From: a virus
Lineage: Duplodnaviria > Caudoviricetes
Direction: 5' to 3' (one strand)
Virus record (IMG/VR): IMGVR_UViG_3300001765_000046
Span: 1-56,500 of that record
Length of the DNA stretch: 56,500 nt
Under the pieces are notes generated by a model that worked only from the letters and a program-made list of their open reading frames with translations, was not told where the DNA came from and searched no databases. Position 1 is the first letter of the stretch, and each line of letters starts with the position of its first letter. Positions 18,028 through 28,302 of this stretch are shown here, one piece after another. The position numbers and the translations under genes are program-made.

Positions 18028-18762
18028 ATGAAAAAAATTAATTTTAAAAAACAAATAATAGGTATTCTTACTGAATCATTCTATAATAACGATAAAAATA
18101 AAATTAAAAAATTAATAAAACTTATTACGGAAGATGATAAGTTAAAAGATTTATATTTATTTTACGAAGAAATAGAAAAAAAATATTTTGAAGACAAAGA
18201 TATTGCAACAGAATATGTAGAAAAATTAAGTGAACAACTTAAAGGTAAAGACAGTATTTTTAGTAATAAAAAAACATATGATTTATTAAATGAAGAAATT
18301 GACGATTGTGAAATTTTAAACGAAGAATTATATTCGCATCTAGACACCCTATTGGAAAATGATAACATAAGAAATATTGATAGAAAAATAATGTCAAAAA
18401 ATTTTTTAGTGAACTATTTAACAACTAAACATGAACTTGAAGAAAATGATAACATTGAAGAAACAATAAATGAGAATTTATTAAACACGGTTTTAGTTTC
18501 TAATTTCAATTCATATTATGATACGTTATTATCTGAAGAAGAAAAAAACACGCTTAAAAATATTTTGAATATATCGGATGATGAAATAAAAATAAAGTTT
18601 ACTGAAATAAAAGAAGAAGTATCAACCAAATTAAATAAATTAATAAATGAAAGTGATGGTGAACTTAGAGAAAAATTAAAATTAACAAAAAATGAATTAT
18701 ATTCAATGGAAAAATCTAAAATAAATTACTATAAATTAAATCAACTTAAAAATGGACTTTAA
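18028..18762 (+). CDS. Hypothetical head-module protein
   Basis: Helical 244-aa ORF between portal and protease; late motif at 18002..18010. Confidence 0.75.
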   Translation: MKKINFKKQIIGILTESFYNNDKNKIKKLIKLITEDDKLKDLYLFYEEIEKKYFEDKDIATEYVEKLSEQLKGKDSIFSNKKTYDLLNEEIDDCEILNEELYSHLDTLLENDNIRNIDRKIMSKNFLVNYLTTKHELEENDNIEETINENLLNTVLVSNFNSYYDTLLSEEEKNTLKNILNISDDEIKIKFTEIKEEVSTKLNKLINESDGELREKLKLTKNELYSMEKSKINYYKLNQLKNGL

Positions 18763-18779
18763 AAAGTCCATTTTTTTTT
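18748..18779 (+). terminator. Intrinsic terminator
   Basis: AAAAATGGACTTT-aa-AAAGTCCATTTTTTTTT. Confidence 0.75.
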
Positions 18780-18857
18780 AACATATTTTAACTTTCTTTA
18801 ACAAAAATTTGGTTTTATCGTTTTTTTTTCATATTTTTTTATATTATATAAAAAAAT

Positions 18858-19280
18858 ATGAAAATTGGTAAAAATATAAAACTTGGTGAATATGAAAATA
18901 TAAAATTAAGTTATGGTACGGTAGATTGTAAAAATTTAAAATCTATATATATTGAATTAAATAGTTGGTTAGAACCTAAAAATAATGTTGATTATGAAAA
19001 TTTAATATACTACGCGAAACGTAATATAAAACAAAGAATAAGGAATGAGCAAACAACATTGTTTAAAAAAGAATCTATAGTTGATTTTGACATCAAAACG
19101 AATAGTGTTAGAGAAGGTAAACGTTCTTTCATGGATTTACAGATCACCTTATTTACTGATAAATTTTTTGACATTAAAAATAAAGAAACTAAAGTGTATA
19201 TTTATGATTTATTAAAAAAAATCATAAATAATGATTTAATTGATAAAAATTTATTTATTTTTCACAAAACAAAAGTATAA
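18858..19280 (+). CDS. Hypothetical protein
   Basis: 140-aa ORF with an A-rich leader. Confidence 0.75.
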   Translation: MKIGKNIKLGEYENIKLSYGTVDCKNLKSIYIELNSWLEPKNNVDYENLIYYAKRNIKQRIRNEQTTLFKKESIVDFDIKTNSVREGKRSFMDLQITLFTDKFFDIKNKETKVYIYDLLKKIINNDLIDKNLFIFHKTKV

Positions 19281-19317
19281 TTTCAAAGTATCGTATATTT
19301 ATTTATAAAACAAATAA

Positions 19318-20004
19318 ATGAAGATACTTGGTCCAAACGACTACAATGAAAGGGGTGTTCTAATTGAATATGATTCTGGGCACATATCCCCTGATGATAA
19401 TAAAAGGATAATATCGGAAATGAAAGATTTGGATTTTTCTGACGACATTATCCTTTATGCTGTTTTACAAAAATCTAACACACCTAATAAAAATGGAAGA
19501 ATTTATCCTGATCCACTTTTAAGACGTGAAAACGACAAATATCAAACTCTTATTAAAAAAGGCGGCGCCTTAAATGAACTTAATCACCCATCATCTTCAC
19601 TCATTGATTTAGATCGGGTTTCACACTCTATTGTTGAAACTTGGTGGGATGGAAATATTTTAATGGGTAAATTGAAATTATTCACATCACCTGGGTGGAG
19701 AAAAATGGGGGTTGTGAGTACAAAAGGTGACCAAGCGGCCATGTTATTGATGAACGGGGCGTCTTTGGGTATATCGTCACGCGGTGTAGGTTCTTTAAAA
19801 AACGTTAAAGGACAAAATATTGTTCAAGAGGATTTTGAATTGGTATGTTTTGATCTAGTATCATCACCATCCACACCAGGAGCTTATGTATTTAAAGATT
19901 TAGATGACAGACAAAAATATGAAGAATCAATAGAAGAAAAAAAACCAAATATTGATAGAATATCTTCATTAATGGGAAAATTAGATAATTTTTTAAATAA
20001 ATAA
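19318..20004 (+). CDS. Prohead core protease (T4 gp21-like)
   Basis: NKNGRIYP, ELNHP, GISSRGVGS, FDLVSSPSTPGA. Confidence 0.93.
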   Translation: MKILGPNDYNERGVLIEYDSGHISPDDNKRIISEMKDLDFSDDIILYAVLQKSNTPNKNGRIYPDPLLRRENDKYQTLIKKGGALNELNHPSSSLIDLDRVSHSIVETWWDGNILMGKLKLFTSPGWRKMGVVSTKGDQAAMLLMNGASLGISSRGVGSLKNVKGQNIVQEDFELVCFDLVSSPSTPGAYVFKDLDDRQKYEESIEEKKPNIDRISSLMGKLDNFLNK

Positions 20005-20071
20005 CACTTTTTTTTTAAAAAAATAAGTCTTTTCAAATAATTAATAATATTTATAAACAAATACTTTAATA

Positions 20072-21355
20072 ATGAGTAACAAAAAATCTATTTTAGAACA
20101 AGCATTACTTCAAGTTCAAACACTTGAAGAGGCGGTAAAAGCAAATTCAAAAGGAATACTTTCAGCAACTGTGAAAGATCAATTTATTAACTTGCTTGAA
20201 TCAATTGAAGAAGAAGAGGAATTGAAGGAAACTAAGAAAATCCCTGTAGTGCAACCAAAGGACGTTAAAGAAAATTCAAAAGTTCGTGTGGTTAAACCAG
20301 AAGATGTTGCAGAACAAACTGTAGATGACGAAGAAAACCCTGAAGGTGACGACACTTCTTTAGAAGATGACGCAACATCGTTGGAAGACGGTGGTGATTC
20401 ATTTGGAAATGAAGAAGATGGTGATGACACCGAAGGTGAAGAATTACCTGATGATGGTGAAGAACTTGAACCCGATTTAGATGGGGAAGAAGGAATCGAG
20501 CCAGAAGAAGGTGATGAAGAAGAAGAAACCCTTGATATGACGGGTGCTTCTGATGGAGAAGTTTTAAGAGTTTTTAAAGCTATGAAAGAAGAAGACGGCC
20601 TTGTTATCACAAGAGATGGAAACACTATCGAATTAAAAGACGGTGATAATGATTACGTAATTAAACTTGACGGAACTAAAGAAGATACAACATTTGGTAA
20701 TGTTGCCGAACAATGGGAAAACGAATATGACGATACGGACGAAGATATTTATGAAATAGAATTGGACGAGGATGAATTTGAAGACGAATATGGCGTTGAA
20801 GACGAATTTAATTCTGAATATGGTTTTGAAGACGACGTTAATGATGAATATGTCGGAGATGTAAATCACGAAGAAGAATTTACAGAATCAGCAAGAACTA
20901 TGGGTTTTGGTTATCACGGAGGTTTGAAAAGTAAAAAAACATTCAAAGCTGGTAACAAACGTGAAGAAATTAACGAAGAAGTTAAAAAGCTAAAAAAACA
21001 AAACGGTGAATATAAACAAGCTTTGGGGTTATTTAAAGAAAAATTAAACGAAATCGCAGTGTTTAACGCAAATTTGGCTTTTGCAACTCGTTTATTTACT
21101 GAACACACGACATCAAAAAAAGAAAAATTAGACATTTTAAAAAGATTCGACACTATTTCGACAATCACTGAATCAAAAAATTTATATGGTTCAATAAAAG
21201 GCGAATTAAACAATAAAAAACCTTTAACTGAAGTTGTTAAAGACAAAATTATATCAAACCCTAAAACATCTACTACTGAGATTTTATCTGAATCTAAAGC
21301 ATATGAAAATCCACAATTTGCTAGAGTTAGAGATTTGATGAACAAAATAAAATAA
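20072..21355 (+). CDS. Prohead scaffold/core protein (gp22-like)
   Basis: Lies between protease and capsid; acidic centre, coiled-coil C-terminus. Confidence 0.75.
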   Translation: MSNKKSILEQALLQVQTLEEAVKANSKGILSATVKDQFINLLESIEEEEELKETKKIPVVQPKDVKENSKVRVVKPEDVAEQTVDDEENPEGDDTSLEDDATSLEDGGDSFGNEEDGDDTEGEELPDDGEELEPDLDGEEGIEPEEGDEEEETLDMTGASDGEVLRVFKAMKEEDGLVITRDGNTIELKDGDNDYVIKLDGTKEDTTFGNVAEQWENEYDDTDEDIYEIELDEDEFEDEYGVEDEFNSEYGFEDDVNDEYVGDVNHEEEFTESARTMGFGYHGGLKSKKTFKAGNKREEINEEVKKLKKQNGEYKQALGLFKEKLNEIAVFNANLAFATRLFTEHTTSKKEKLDILKRFDTISTITESKNLYGSIKGELNNKKPLTEVVKDKIISNPKTSTTEILSESKAYENPQFARVRDLMNKIK

Positions 21356-21377
21356 AATAAACAAAAAAAATACTAAA

Positions 21378-23105
21378 ATGGGAGCATTATTAGAATCAGG
21401 TATGGTCGGTAACATTGGGTTAAAACACCTTAGAGTTATTAAAGAAGATACCATTAGAAAATGGGATGGCTTAGGTTTCTTAAATAACCTTGATGGCCAC
21501 CAAAAAGATAACATCGCACAATTATACGAAAACCAAGCATCTTATTTAATTAACGAGGCTGCAGTTTCGGATTCATCAGGTTCTTTCGAAACTGTTGTAT
21601 TCCCTATAATTAGACGTGTGTTCTCTAAATTATTAGCTAACGACATTGTGTCTGTACAAGCTATGAATTTACCTATCGGTAAATTATTCTATTTCATTCC
21701 TAAAATTCAGGAAAGAAATAATGGAGCTCACTACTCTCCATACGGATACCCAAGTAACTCAACTACACCAGAAGAAGGTTACACAGGCGGAAATTTATAT
21801 GACCGTTTCTATGAAAACGCAGATGGTAACTCACCTGATTCAGGTCTTTTCGATTATTCAAAAGGACAATACACAAGTTTAACCGCAACTACTTCTAGCG
21901 TCGTAACATTCGCTAACGGTGTAGTGGCTAACGTTGCTGACTCAGCATTAACTGGTACATCACAATCTGCTTTAGTTATTAAATTAACTGGCTTTGCTAA
22001 AGATGGTCAAGGTAAATTAATCGGTTCGTATGGTAACATTATGGACACTGAAGATTTCTTAGCATCTGCTGAAGTTTGGTATGATGGACAATCAAAAAAT
22101 TTCCATGTAGTTACACAAAAATACGGTAAAAGTATTATTGAATATGGACAAAAAGCAACTACAAGCTCTTACCCACAAGGTAAATATCAAGATATTTGTG
22201 ATGAAGAAGGGTCAATTTACATTAGTGTAGATTTACAAAGTTATTCTGCAACTTCTGGTTTCGCTAACGTAGTATTAGGTTCTGGTTTTACCGCAGCTAA
22301 TGATATCAAATTTACTTATCGTTCATACGATACTTTAGAATTTGAAGATCAAATTGGTGAAGTTTCATTTGACTTAGCATCTGTTACTGTTTCTGTTACA
22401 GAACGTAAATTACGTGCTACTTGGTCACCTGAACTTGCTCAAGACGTTAGTGCTTTCCACAACATCGACGCTGAAGCTGAATTAACTTCGTTGTTATCTG
22501 AACAAATCGCAGCTGAAGTTGACCGTGAAATTTTACGTGATTTACGTAAAGGTGCTGCATGGCAATCAAAATGGGATTATAACGAATGGAAATATGGTGG
22601 TAGTAATGGTTCAACTTTACAAGGTTACACACAAAAAGACTGGAATCAAACATTGTTAACTAAAGTTAACCAAATGTCTGCTCAAATTCACAAAACTACT
22701 TTAAGAGGTGGCGCTAACTGGATCGTTGTTTCTTCTGAAATCTCTGCTGTTTTAGATGACTTAGAATACTTCCACGTATCTAACGCTGAACCAGAACAAG
22801 ATCAATACAACATGGGTATTGAAAAAATTGGTACACTTGCTGGCCGTTACCAAGTTTATCGTGATCCTTACTTCCCAGCTAACAAAATGTTAATTGGTCA
22901 CAAAGGAAAATCATTGTTAGACGCAGGTTACATCTACGCACCTTACGTGCCATTACAATTAACCCCAACTATGTATAATCCGTTTACTATGACACCGATT
23001 AAAGGTATAATGACCCGTTACGCGAAAAAACTTGTTAATAACCGTTATTATGGCGTAATTGATGTGAAAGGTATCACAGTTTTTGGTAATGATACATTAA
23101 GATAA
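21378..23105 (+). CDS. Major capsid protein (T4 gp23-like)
   Basis: FPIIRRVF..L.ANDIVSVQAM, RKLRATWSPELAQD..AFHNIDAEAEL, GYIYAPYVPL, GIMTRYA. Confidence 0.97.
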   Translation: MGALLESGMVGNIGLKHLRVIKEDTIRKWDGLGFLNNLDGHQKDNIAQLYENQASYLINEAAVSDSSGSFETVVFPIIRRVFSKLLANDIVSVQAMNLPIGKLFYFIPKIQERNNGAHYSPYGYPSNSTTPEEGYTGGNLYDRFYENADGNSPDSGLFDYSKGQYTSLTATTSSVVTFANGVVANVADSALTGTSQSALVIKLTGFAKDGQGKLIGSYGNIMDTEDFLASAEVWYDGQSKNFHVVTQKYGKSIIEYGQKATTSSYPQGKYQDICDEEGSIYISVDLQSYSATSGFANVVLGSGFTAANDIKFTYRSYDTLEFEDQIGEVSFDLASVTVSVTERKLRATWSPELAQDVSAFHNIDAEAELTSLLSEQIAAEVDREILRDLRKGAAWQSKWDYNEWKYGGSNGSTLQGYTQKDWNQTLLTKVNQMSAQIHKTTLRGGANWIVVSSEISAVLDDLEYFHVSNAEPEQDQYNMGIEKIGTLAGRYQVYRDPYFPANKMLIGHKGKSLLDAGYIYAPYVPLQLTPTMYNPFTMTPIKGIMTRYAKKLVNNRYYGVIDVKGITVFGNDTLR

Positions 23106-23122
23106 TATATCTGCAATAAAAT

Positions 23123-23154
23123 GAAAAAGGTGAAGATTAATCTTCACCTTTTTC
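23123..23154. terminator. Bidirectional terminator between the capsid gene and the endonuclease
   Basis: GAAAAAGGTGAAGA-ttaa-TCTTCACCTTTTTC; the endonuclease stop codon lies in the loop. Confidence 0.85.
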
Positions 23155-24801
23155 TATTGTTAACCGATATTTAAACAAACCACAATCCCAAATTCTATCA
23201 TATCCCATTAATTTTGTTATTTCATTTTCGGATAAATTCATATCTATATCAGGAAATTTCTTTTTTAATGATTTTTTGCCAAAACCAAATTTATGAAAAC
23301 GTTTAACTCGACTTATTTTAGGGTTAAAATAATAATATGTTGGTTTAGTTATCTTTTCTAATTTAAACCCTAATTTAATATATAAATTATTTTCAGAATT
23401 CATAGTCCATCTTCTGTCAGCAAAACTAATAATATGTTTTGGTTTATATTCACTAATAAACACTTTTATCATTTTAGAAAGTAATCCACACACAATGTAT
23501 TCCATTTTGGTTGCAAATCTAGACAATTCAAACTCACCTAAAATATTTTTAGTCATGTTTCTTTTTGAATTAAATGTCGCAACACCAACTAACACATTAT
23601 TATAATACGCACCAAAAAATATGTTAGAATTATCATTACCCTGTATATGGTTTTCATTTAAAAATGTGATTTTTTCATTTTTATTTATTTTTCTAATTAT
23701 TGTTTGTCTTGCACCGATTTTAATAGAATCATTAACATTTAATATGTGTTTTAATTTACTCTTAACTATTTCTTTCTTATTAACCCATTCATCTTCGAAA
23801 ATATGTATAAGACGATAGCCTATGTTATTACAATCTATTGTTTTATTTAAATGATACAGGGAGTTTTTACCCATTCGTTCAGTATGATAATATATTCCAT
23901 TATGCTCAATACATAAATTATGTGATTTAATTACAATATCAATTTCTTTACCATTAAGTAGTTTACGATTTCTCGATTTATCCGTTTCAATATTTAAACT
24001 ATTAATGAAATTGGCAATTTCAGTTTCACCATTTGATGACCAGTTTGGTGTCATGTTGGTGTTTGTTATAATCATATTTTTTCGTAAAATATCGCCAGTC
24101 GCATCCGAAGTTATTTTTGAACTATAATACTTCATTTTATAATCATCAACGCATATATTGTGTGTTTTAATATGTGTGTTATTTATTATTTTTAATTTTT
24201 CCCCACATATTTGACATATGACATAATTTTTATCATCATGTAGTTTGTGTAATCTTTCACTATTTAATTTATGAATATTAAAATATTTATTATAATATGG
24301 GTATTTTTGGGTGAATAATTCAACAGAATTATGTTGTTTTTCTACATGTTTAGTAAAACTACCAGTTTTATTAGTTAAATCAGTTGTGTACCAATCACAT
24401 TCTGGGCATTTTAAAACTTCGGTATTTTCTGGTTTTTCAATAATATTAAAATATTGAAAATGCCAATATTCTCCATTATCGTTTTTATAATTTGATCTGA
24501 ATAATTTACTAGGCATTTCAATTGTTGGATAACACGTTTTCATGTGTTCAACAATTGAGCCACTTTTATTTTCAACATCATTATATACCTTACCACAGAC
24601 CTTACATTCAATAGATTTATTAGTTAAATCATATTTAAACGGTACAAATATATGTTTTTGTTGTCCACCTTTATGTTTTATTTCAACACTATTATCTGAT
24701 AAAATCTGTTTCACTTTGATTTTACCTATTTTATATTTTATCGCCAATTTTTCAATTGAAGTATTACTATTCAAGTAATCATCTATTATTTCTTTTTCCA
24801 T
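23137..24801 (-). CDS. Hef-like homing endonuclease with N-terminal zinc fingers
   Basis: CxxC..H units; EIDI..IEHNGIYYH..IHIFEDEW; FLNENHIQG, ELSRFAT, SFADRRW, RIWDCG. Confidence 0.75.
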   Translation of the reverse strand: MEKEIIDDYLNSNTSIEKLAIKYKIGKIKVKQILSDNSVEIKHKGGQQKHIFVPFKYDLTNKSIECKVCGKVYNDVENKSGSIVEHMKTCYPTIEMPSKLFRSNYKNDNGEYWHFQYFNIIEKPENTEVLKCPECDWYTTDLTNKTGSFTKHVEKQHNSVELFTQKYPYYNKYFNIHKLNSERLHKLHDDKNYVICQICGEKLKIINNTHIKTHNICVDDYKMKYYSSKITSDATGDILRKNMIITNTNMTPNWSSNGETEIANFINSLNIETDKSRNRKLLNGKEIDIVIKSHNLCIEHNGIYYHTERMGKNSLYHLNKTIDCNNIGYRLIHIFEDEWVNKKEIVKSKLKHILNVNDSIKIGARQTIIRKINKNEKITFLNENHIQGNDNSNIFFGAYYNNVLVGVATFNSKRNMTKNILGEFELSRFATKMEYIVCGLLSKMIKVFISEYKPKHIISFADRRWTMNSENNLYIKLGFKLEKITKPTYYYFNPKISRVKRFHKFGFGKKSLKKKFPDIDMNLSENEITKLMGYDRIWDCGLFKYRLTIEKGED

Positions 24802-24889
24802 GAAAACAAAATTATGTAATTTTGGTGGTATAACAAAGGGATTGTTAAAAAATTTTGTAAATTTAACTATTTTTTATATATTTAAAAAT

Positions 24890-25201
24890 ATGAATAAAAA
24901 TGAATATGAAAAATTAAGATTGGACATCATAGAAAACATGATTGAACAACGCGACATTAAATGTCGTAAAACTAAATCTGAAATGATAAAACATTTACTT
25001 TTAGATGATGATGGAAAATATGTCAGGGAAACTTTATATGAAAGATATGATAAGGACACATATTCCGTTGGCGTTGATACTCGTAATCATAGTGATTTAT
25101 CTATATTAAGTAAAATGGTAGAAAAGAACACAGTTCGATATATGGGTTTATATCAATTAAACCGAATATATTTTATATCAAATAATAAAATAGAATTATG
25201 A
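24890..25201 (+). CDS. Small hypothetical protein (start probably MNKNEY)
   Basis: ORF 24800..25201; KTKSEMIKHL resembles a SAP/Rho-N-like helix. Confidence 0.6.
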   Translation: MNKNEYEKLRLDIIENMIEQRDIKCRKTKSEMIKHLLLDDDGKYVRETLYERYDKDTYSVGVDTRNHSDLSILSKMVEKNTVRYMGLYQLNRIYFISNNKIEL

Positions 25202-26575
25202 TTATTTTTCAGACACTATTTCAAATTTAATTTCATTGTTATATAAAATTTCTTCAGAATTTATATTGCATTTGAATTCGATGTTATACTCTCTTGGTAT
25301 TAAGAAACTAGTGTCCAATAAAAATGAATTTTCATTTGTTTTATCTAATTTAGTCCAATCAAATACGTTGACTTGTGTTCTACCTTCTTTAATATAAATT
25401 CGGTAATATAGTTCATTAGATAAAATTTCACTTGTTTGTTGAAATGATTTAAAAATGATATTCACTTTTCTTATTTCACCGCGTTTTATTTTTTCATTCG
25501 TTTTAATACCGTTATATTTGATAACATATTTTGTAGAATCATTAGTGTTGTAACCAATATTATATATTTCACTATATTGTTTTGGTACAAATCTTTGTTT
25601 AATGTCATTAATAAGTATACCATCAACAATTATATTGTGCCACTTATCGTAATAAAATCTCTTACCATCACAATAAGTACCTGTCAAACCAAAAGTTATT
25701 TTATAAACACCTTTTCTTACTTTTTCTGCTGTCATTCCTGACAATGATACATCAAAATTGGTGTTTGTACTATCTAGTATGGTAACTAGTGGTAAAACGT
25801 CTAAATCATAGGGATTTCCATGTTTTGTTATATAAAGGTATAAACTTCTTTCTATATCATTAATAAAATTATCACGATTATCATCAATGGTATCATTAAA
25901 AACGCTTTCAATGAAAGGTTCGAAAAATGTTTGAGTATATTTAGTAAAAAAAGCAACAGATTGTTTAAATTCCGCAATGTCAAAAAATGGGATATTAAAT
26001 GCAAGTACTAAACCATAATTAATTTCCCCATTAATAATATTATTAACATAATCAGTCACGTCAATATTGATGTTTTCGTCTCCGTTATCAAAATGAATGT
26101 TATATGAATTATCATTTGGTATAGTATCATAAATTCCATCAACCCCCCAAGTATTTAAAGTTGTTCTATTATACCAATTTGATGGTCTGATGTCATATGT
26201 TTTATTATTATTGATTTTAATTTCATCAACATCAGTATAATCTATACCTACACCTTCATCCCAAAATTCCGTCAACGGTATCAATGTTAAATCAAATGAC
26301 GTGGCACGATGACCACCAGTATCATTTTGTTGACCTACAAACGATTCTGAGCCAAATATAGTGTTGGTCATTCGCAAGTAGTGTTTAGTGTCAGAATTAA
26401 CCACTAAATCACCTTTATTGATTTTGTTTAGTAAATTAGTAAAATCCACTTGAAAGATAAATTTTGAATATCCATCGCCGTAATAAATTTCAGTGTATGG
26501 ACTTTTTGATGTGTTAACCAAAGAGTCTTTGATTATTGTGTTATTTTTGTTAAAATATGAACGATAGTATGACAT
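25202..26575 (-). CDS. Probable virion structural protein (baseplate region)
   Basis: 457 aa, beta-rich; FWDEGVG..Y, SNW, HFDNGDENI..DVT; late motif at 26596..26588. Confidence 0.65.
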   Translation of the reverse strand: MSYYRSYFNKNNTIIKDSLVNTSKSPYTEIYYGDGYSKFIFQVDFTNLLNKINKGDLVVNSDTKHYLRMTNTIFGSESFVGQQNDTGGHRATSFDLTLIPLTEFWDEGVGIDYTDVDEIKINNNKTYDIRPSNWYNRTTLNTWGVDGIYDTIPNDNSYNIHFDNGDENINIDVTDYVNNIINGEINYGLVLAFNIPFFDIAEFKQSVAFFTKYTQTFFEPFIESVFNDTIDDNRDNFINDIERSLYLYITKHGNPYDLDVLPLVTILDSTNTNFDVSLSGMTAEKVRKGVYKITFGLTGTYCDGKRFYYDKWHNIIVDGILINDIKQRFVPKQYSEIYNIGYNTNDSTKYVIKYNGIKTNEKIKRGEIRKVNIIFKSFQQTSEILSNELYYRIYIKEGRTQVNVFDWTKLDKTNENSFLLDTSFLIPREYNIEFKCNINSEEILYNNEIKFEIVSEK

Positions 26576-26601
26576 TTTCTTTTTTAATATAAATATATGA
26601 G

Positions 26602-28107
26602 TTAATTAATTCGGATCGATTTATTCAATAATTCGTCTTCAAGATTTTTCATTAGTTCATCGAGAACTTTTCTATTACTATCACCACCAACAATAGGTTT
26701 ATCATTAATTTGGTGTATATGTGAATCTAATGCATTATAAAACGCCCTAATAATATCCAATAAAATTTCCCCTCGAACAAATGAATAGGTATTTGGATCA
26801 ATTTTATTAATATAATCTTCTTGTGTTAACTCATATTTATCAAGAGAATTAAAATTAATCGTTTTTATTTTATCTGTACCGTTTGTTGTTGTTGATGCTA
26901 AGTATATTTTATCCGCGCTTAATAGTGAAAAGGTTTGTTCGGGTGAGTTCGTTATAACAGTTGTTTTATTCACTGTGACTTTTTTAACTATTTCTTTGGG
27001 GTCTACGTTAATATACGAATATATCAATCCGTGACCCTTTTTCCCCCTTAATGTCACATTAGACGTTAAAGTAGTTAAAGTCGTGTTTATTTTTCTAAAG
27101 TTGTCTGATGGTCTAAAATAAAACGGAAAAATATTTTGATTTAATGAAGAATTATTAAAATAATCATAAAAAGATAAATCAATTTTATTTTCGTAAAATT
27201 GATACAATAAATCACGAATTTTTATGTAAGCACCATTAATGGTTCCATCATTAACAATAGTTATTGTGGGACTATTTTCTGTATTTCCAGAATTAATTAA
27301 TTTAACTTTATTTTTTAATTCATTAGTGGTAATATCAGTGTTAACATCAAATACATTTGTATTAAAAACATTACCATATGTTTGTTGTATTTGATAGAAA
27401 TAAAAATTTATAATAGTCGGGTTGTCAATATTATTTACCTCATACTCAACAATGTATTTAAGTAATTGAAAGGGTAACGACTTTTGATATTCAAATTCAG
27501 ATTTTAATCCCAATGATTTGTTAAATTTTTTCATTGAAAATCTTGCTATTTTTTTTGACATTATAGGAAATGACATATTTTCTATTTTATCACCATTATT
27601 TCTATCTCTCAAAAACCCGCCACGAATTTGAACACCGTTCTCTGAAAATATAATATCAGAACCATAATTTCCCTTAAAACCAATATCTGTAGGTTTAATA
27701 ATAGTGCCGTTACTTTCTGATTTAACTAAATTACCATTTTTAGATTTTACATCTTTAATATTTTTAACGATAACACCCCCATATGTGGTGTCTCTATTTT
27801 GTTGTATGAATGTTTGATCTTGTAAATTATGTGAAGATGCAAATGGCCCACTGACATATTCAACATTTTGTGTAGTTTTAGTGGTGTCGTATGATAATAA
27901 TTTAACACTTTGTTGTTTTTGTGGTAAAATATTGATGTGAAGCGGTAAAAACGGTAAAGCCATAAATGGATCATTTTCATCCCACTCATCATATTTTACA
28001 GAACCCTCAATTTCACTCATATATTGACCATATGGCCTATAACGAATTCTTCCTATACCTTTTGGGTCATCATTATTAACACAAATGGCGTTATTAATTA
28101 TTCTCAT
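26602..28107 (-). CDS. Baseplate hub/spike-like protein (gp5/gpV-type N-terminus)
   Basis: AICVNNDDPKGIGRIR at the N-terminus, ALPFLP..P, C-terminal SHIH. Confidence 0.65.
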   Translation of the reverse strand: MRIINNAICVNNDDPKGIGRIRYRPYGQYMSEIEGSVKYDEWDENDPFMALPFLPLHINILPQKQQSVKLLSYDTTKTTQNVEYVSGPFASSHNLQDQTFIQQNRDTTYGGVIVKNIKDVKSKNGNLVKSESNGTIIKPTDIGFKGNYGSDIIFSENGVQIRGGFLRDRNNGDKIENMSFPIMSKKIARFSMKKFNKSLGLKSEFEYQKSLPFQLLKYIVEYEVNNIDNPTIINFYFYQIQQTYGNVFNTNVFDVNTDITTNELKNKVKLINSGNTENSPTITIVNDGTINGAYIKIRDLLYQFYENKIDLSFYDYFNNSSLNQNIFPFYFRPSDNFRKINTTLTTLTSNVTLRGKKGHGLIYSYINVDPKEIVKKVTVNKTTVITNSPEQTFSLLSADKIYLASTTTNGTDKIKTINFNSLDKYELTQEDYINKIDPNTYSFVRGEILLDIIRAFYNALDSHIHQINDKPIVGGDSNRKVLDELMKNLEDELLNKSIRIN

Positions 28108-28301
28108 GTTAATCTTTTACCTATTTCATTATTTATAATATCATAATTTTCTTTAACTACGTCTAAATGTTTTGTTAATTCAATTATAAATGTTTTTGTT
28201 TTTTCAAATTCCCCCATCAATACATCACGACAATTAATTAAATCTTTATTAGATTTAACCTCTTTGTTTTCAAGTATTTCATTAATTTTTTTTACATCCA
28301 T
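28104..28301 (-). CDS. Small coiled-coil hypothetical protein
   Basis: 65 aa, translationally coupled within the operon. Confidence 0.7.
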   Translation of the reverse strand: MDVKKINEILENKEVKSNKDLINCRDVLMGEFEKTKTFIIELTKHLDVVKENYDIINNEIGKRLT

Positions 28302-28302
28302 A

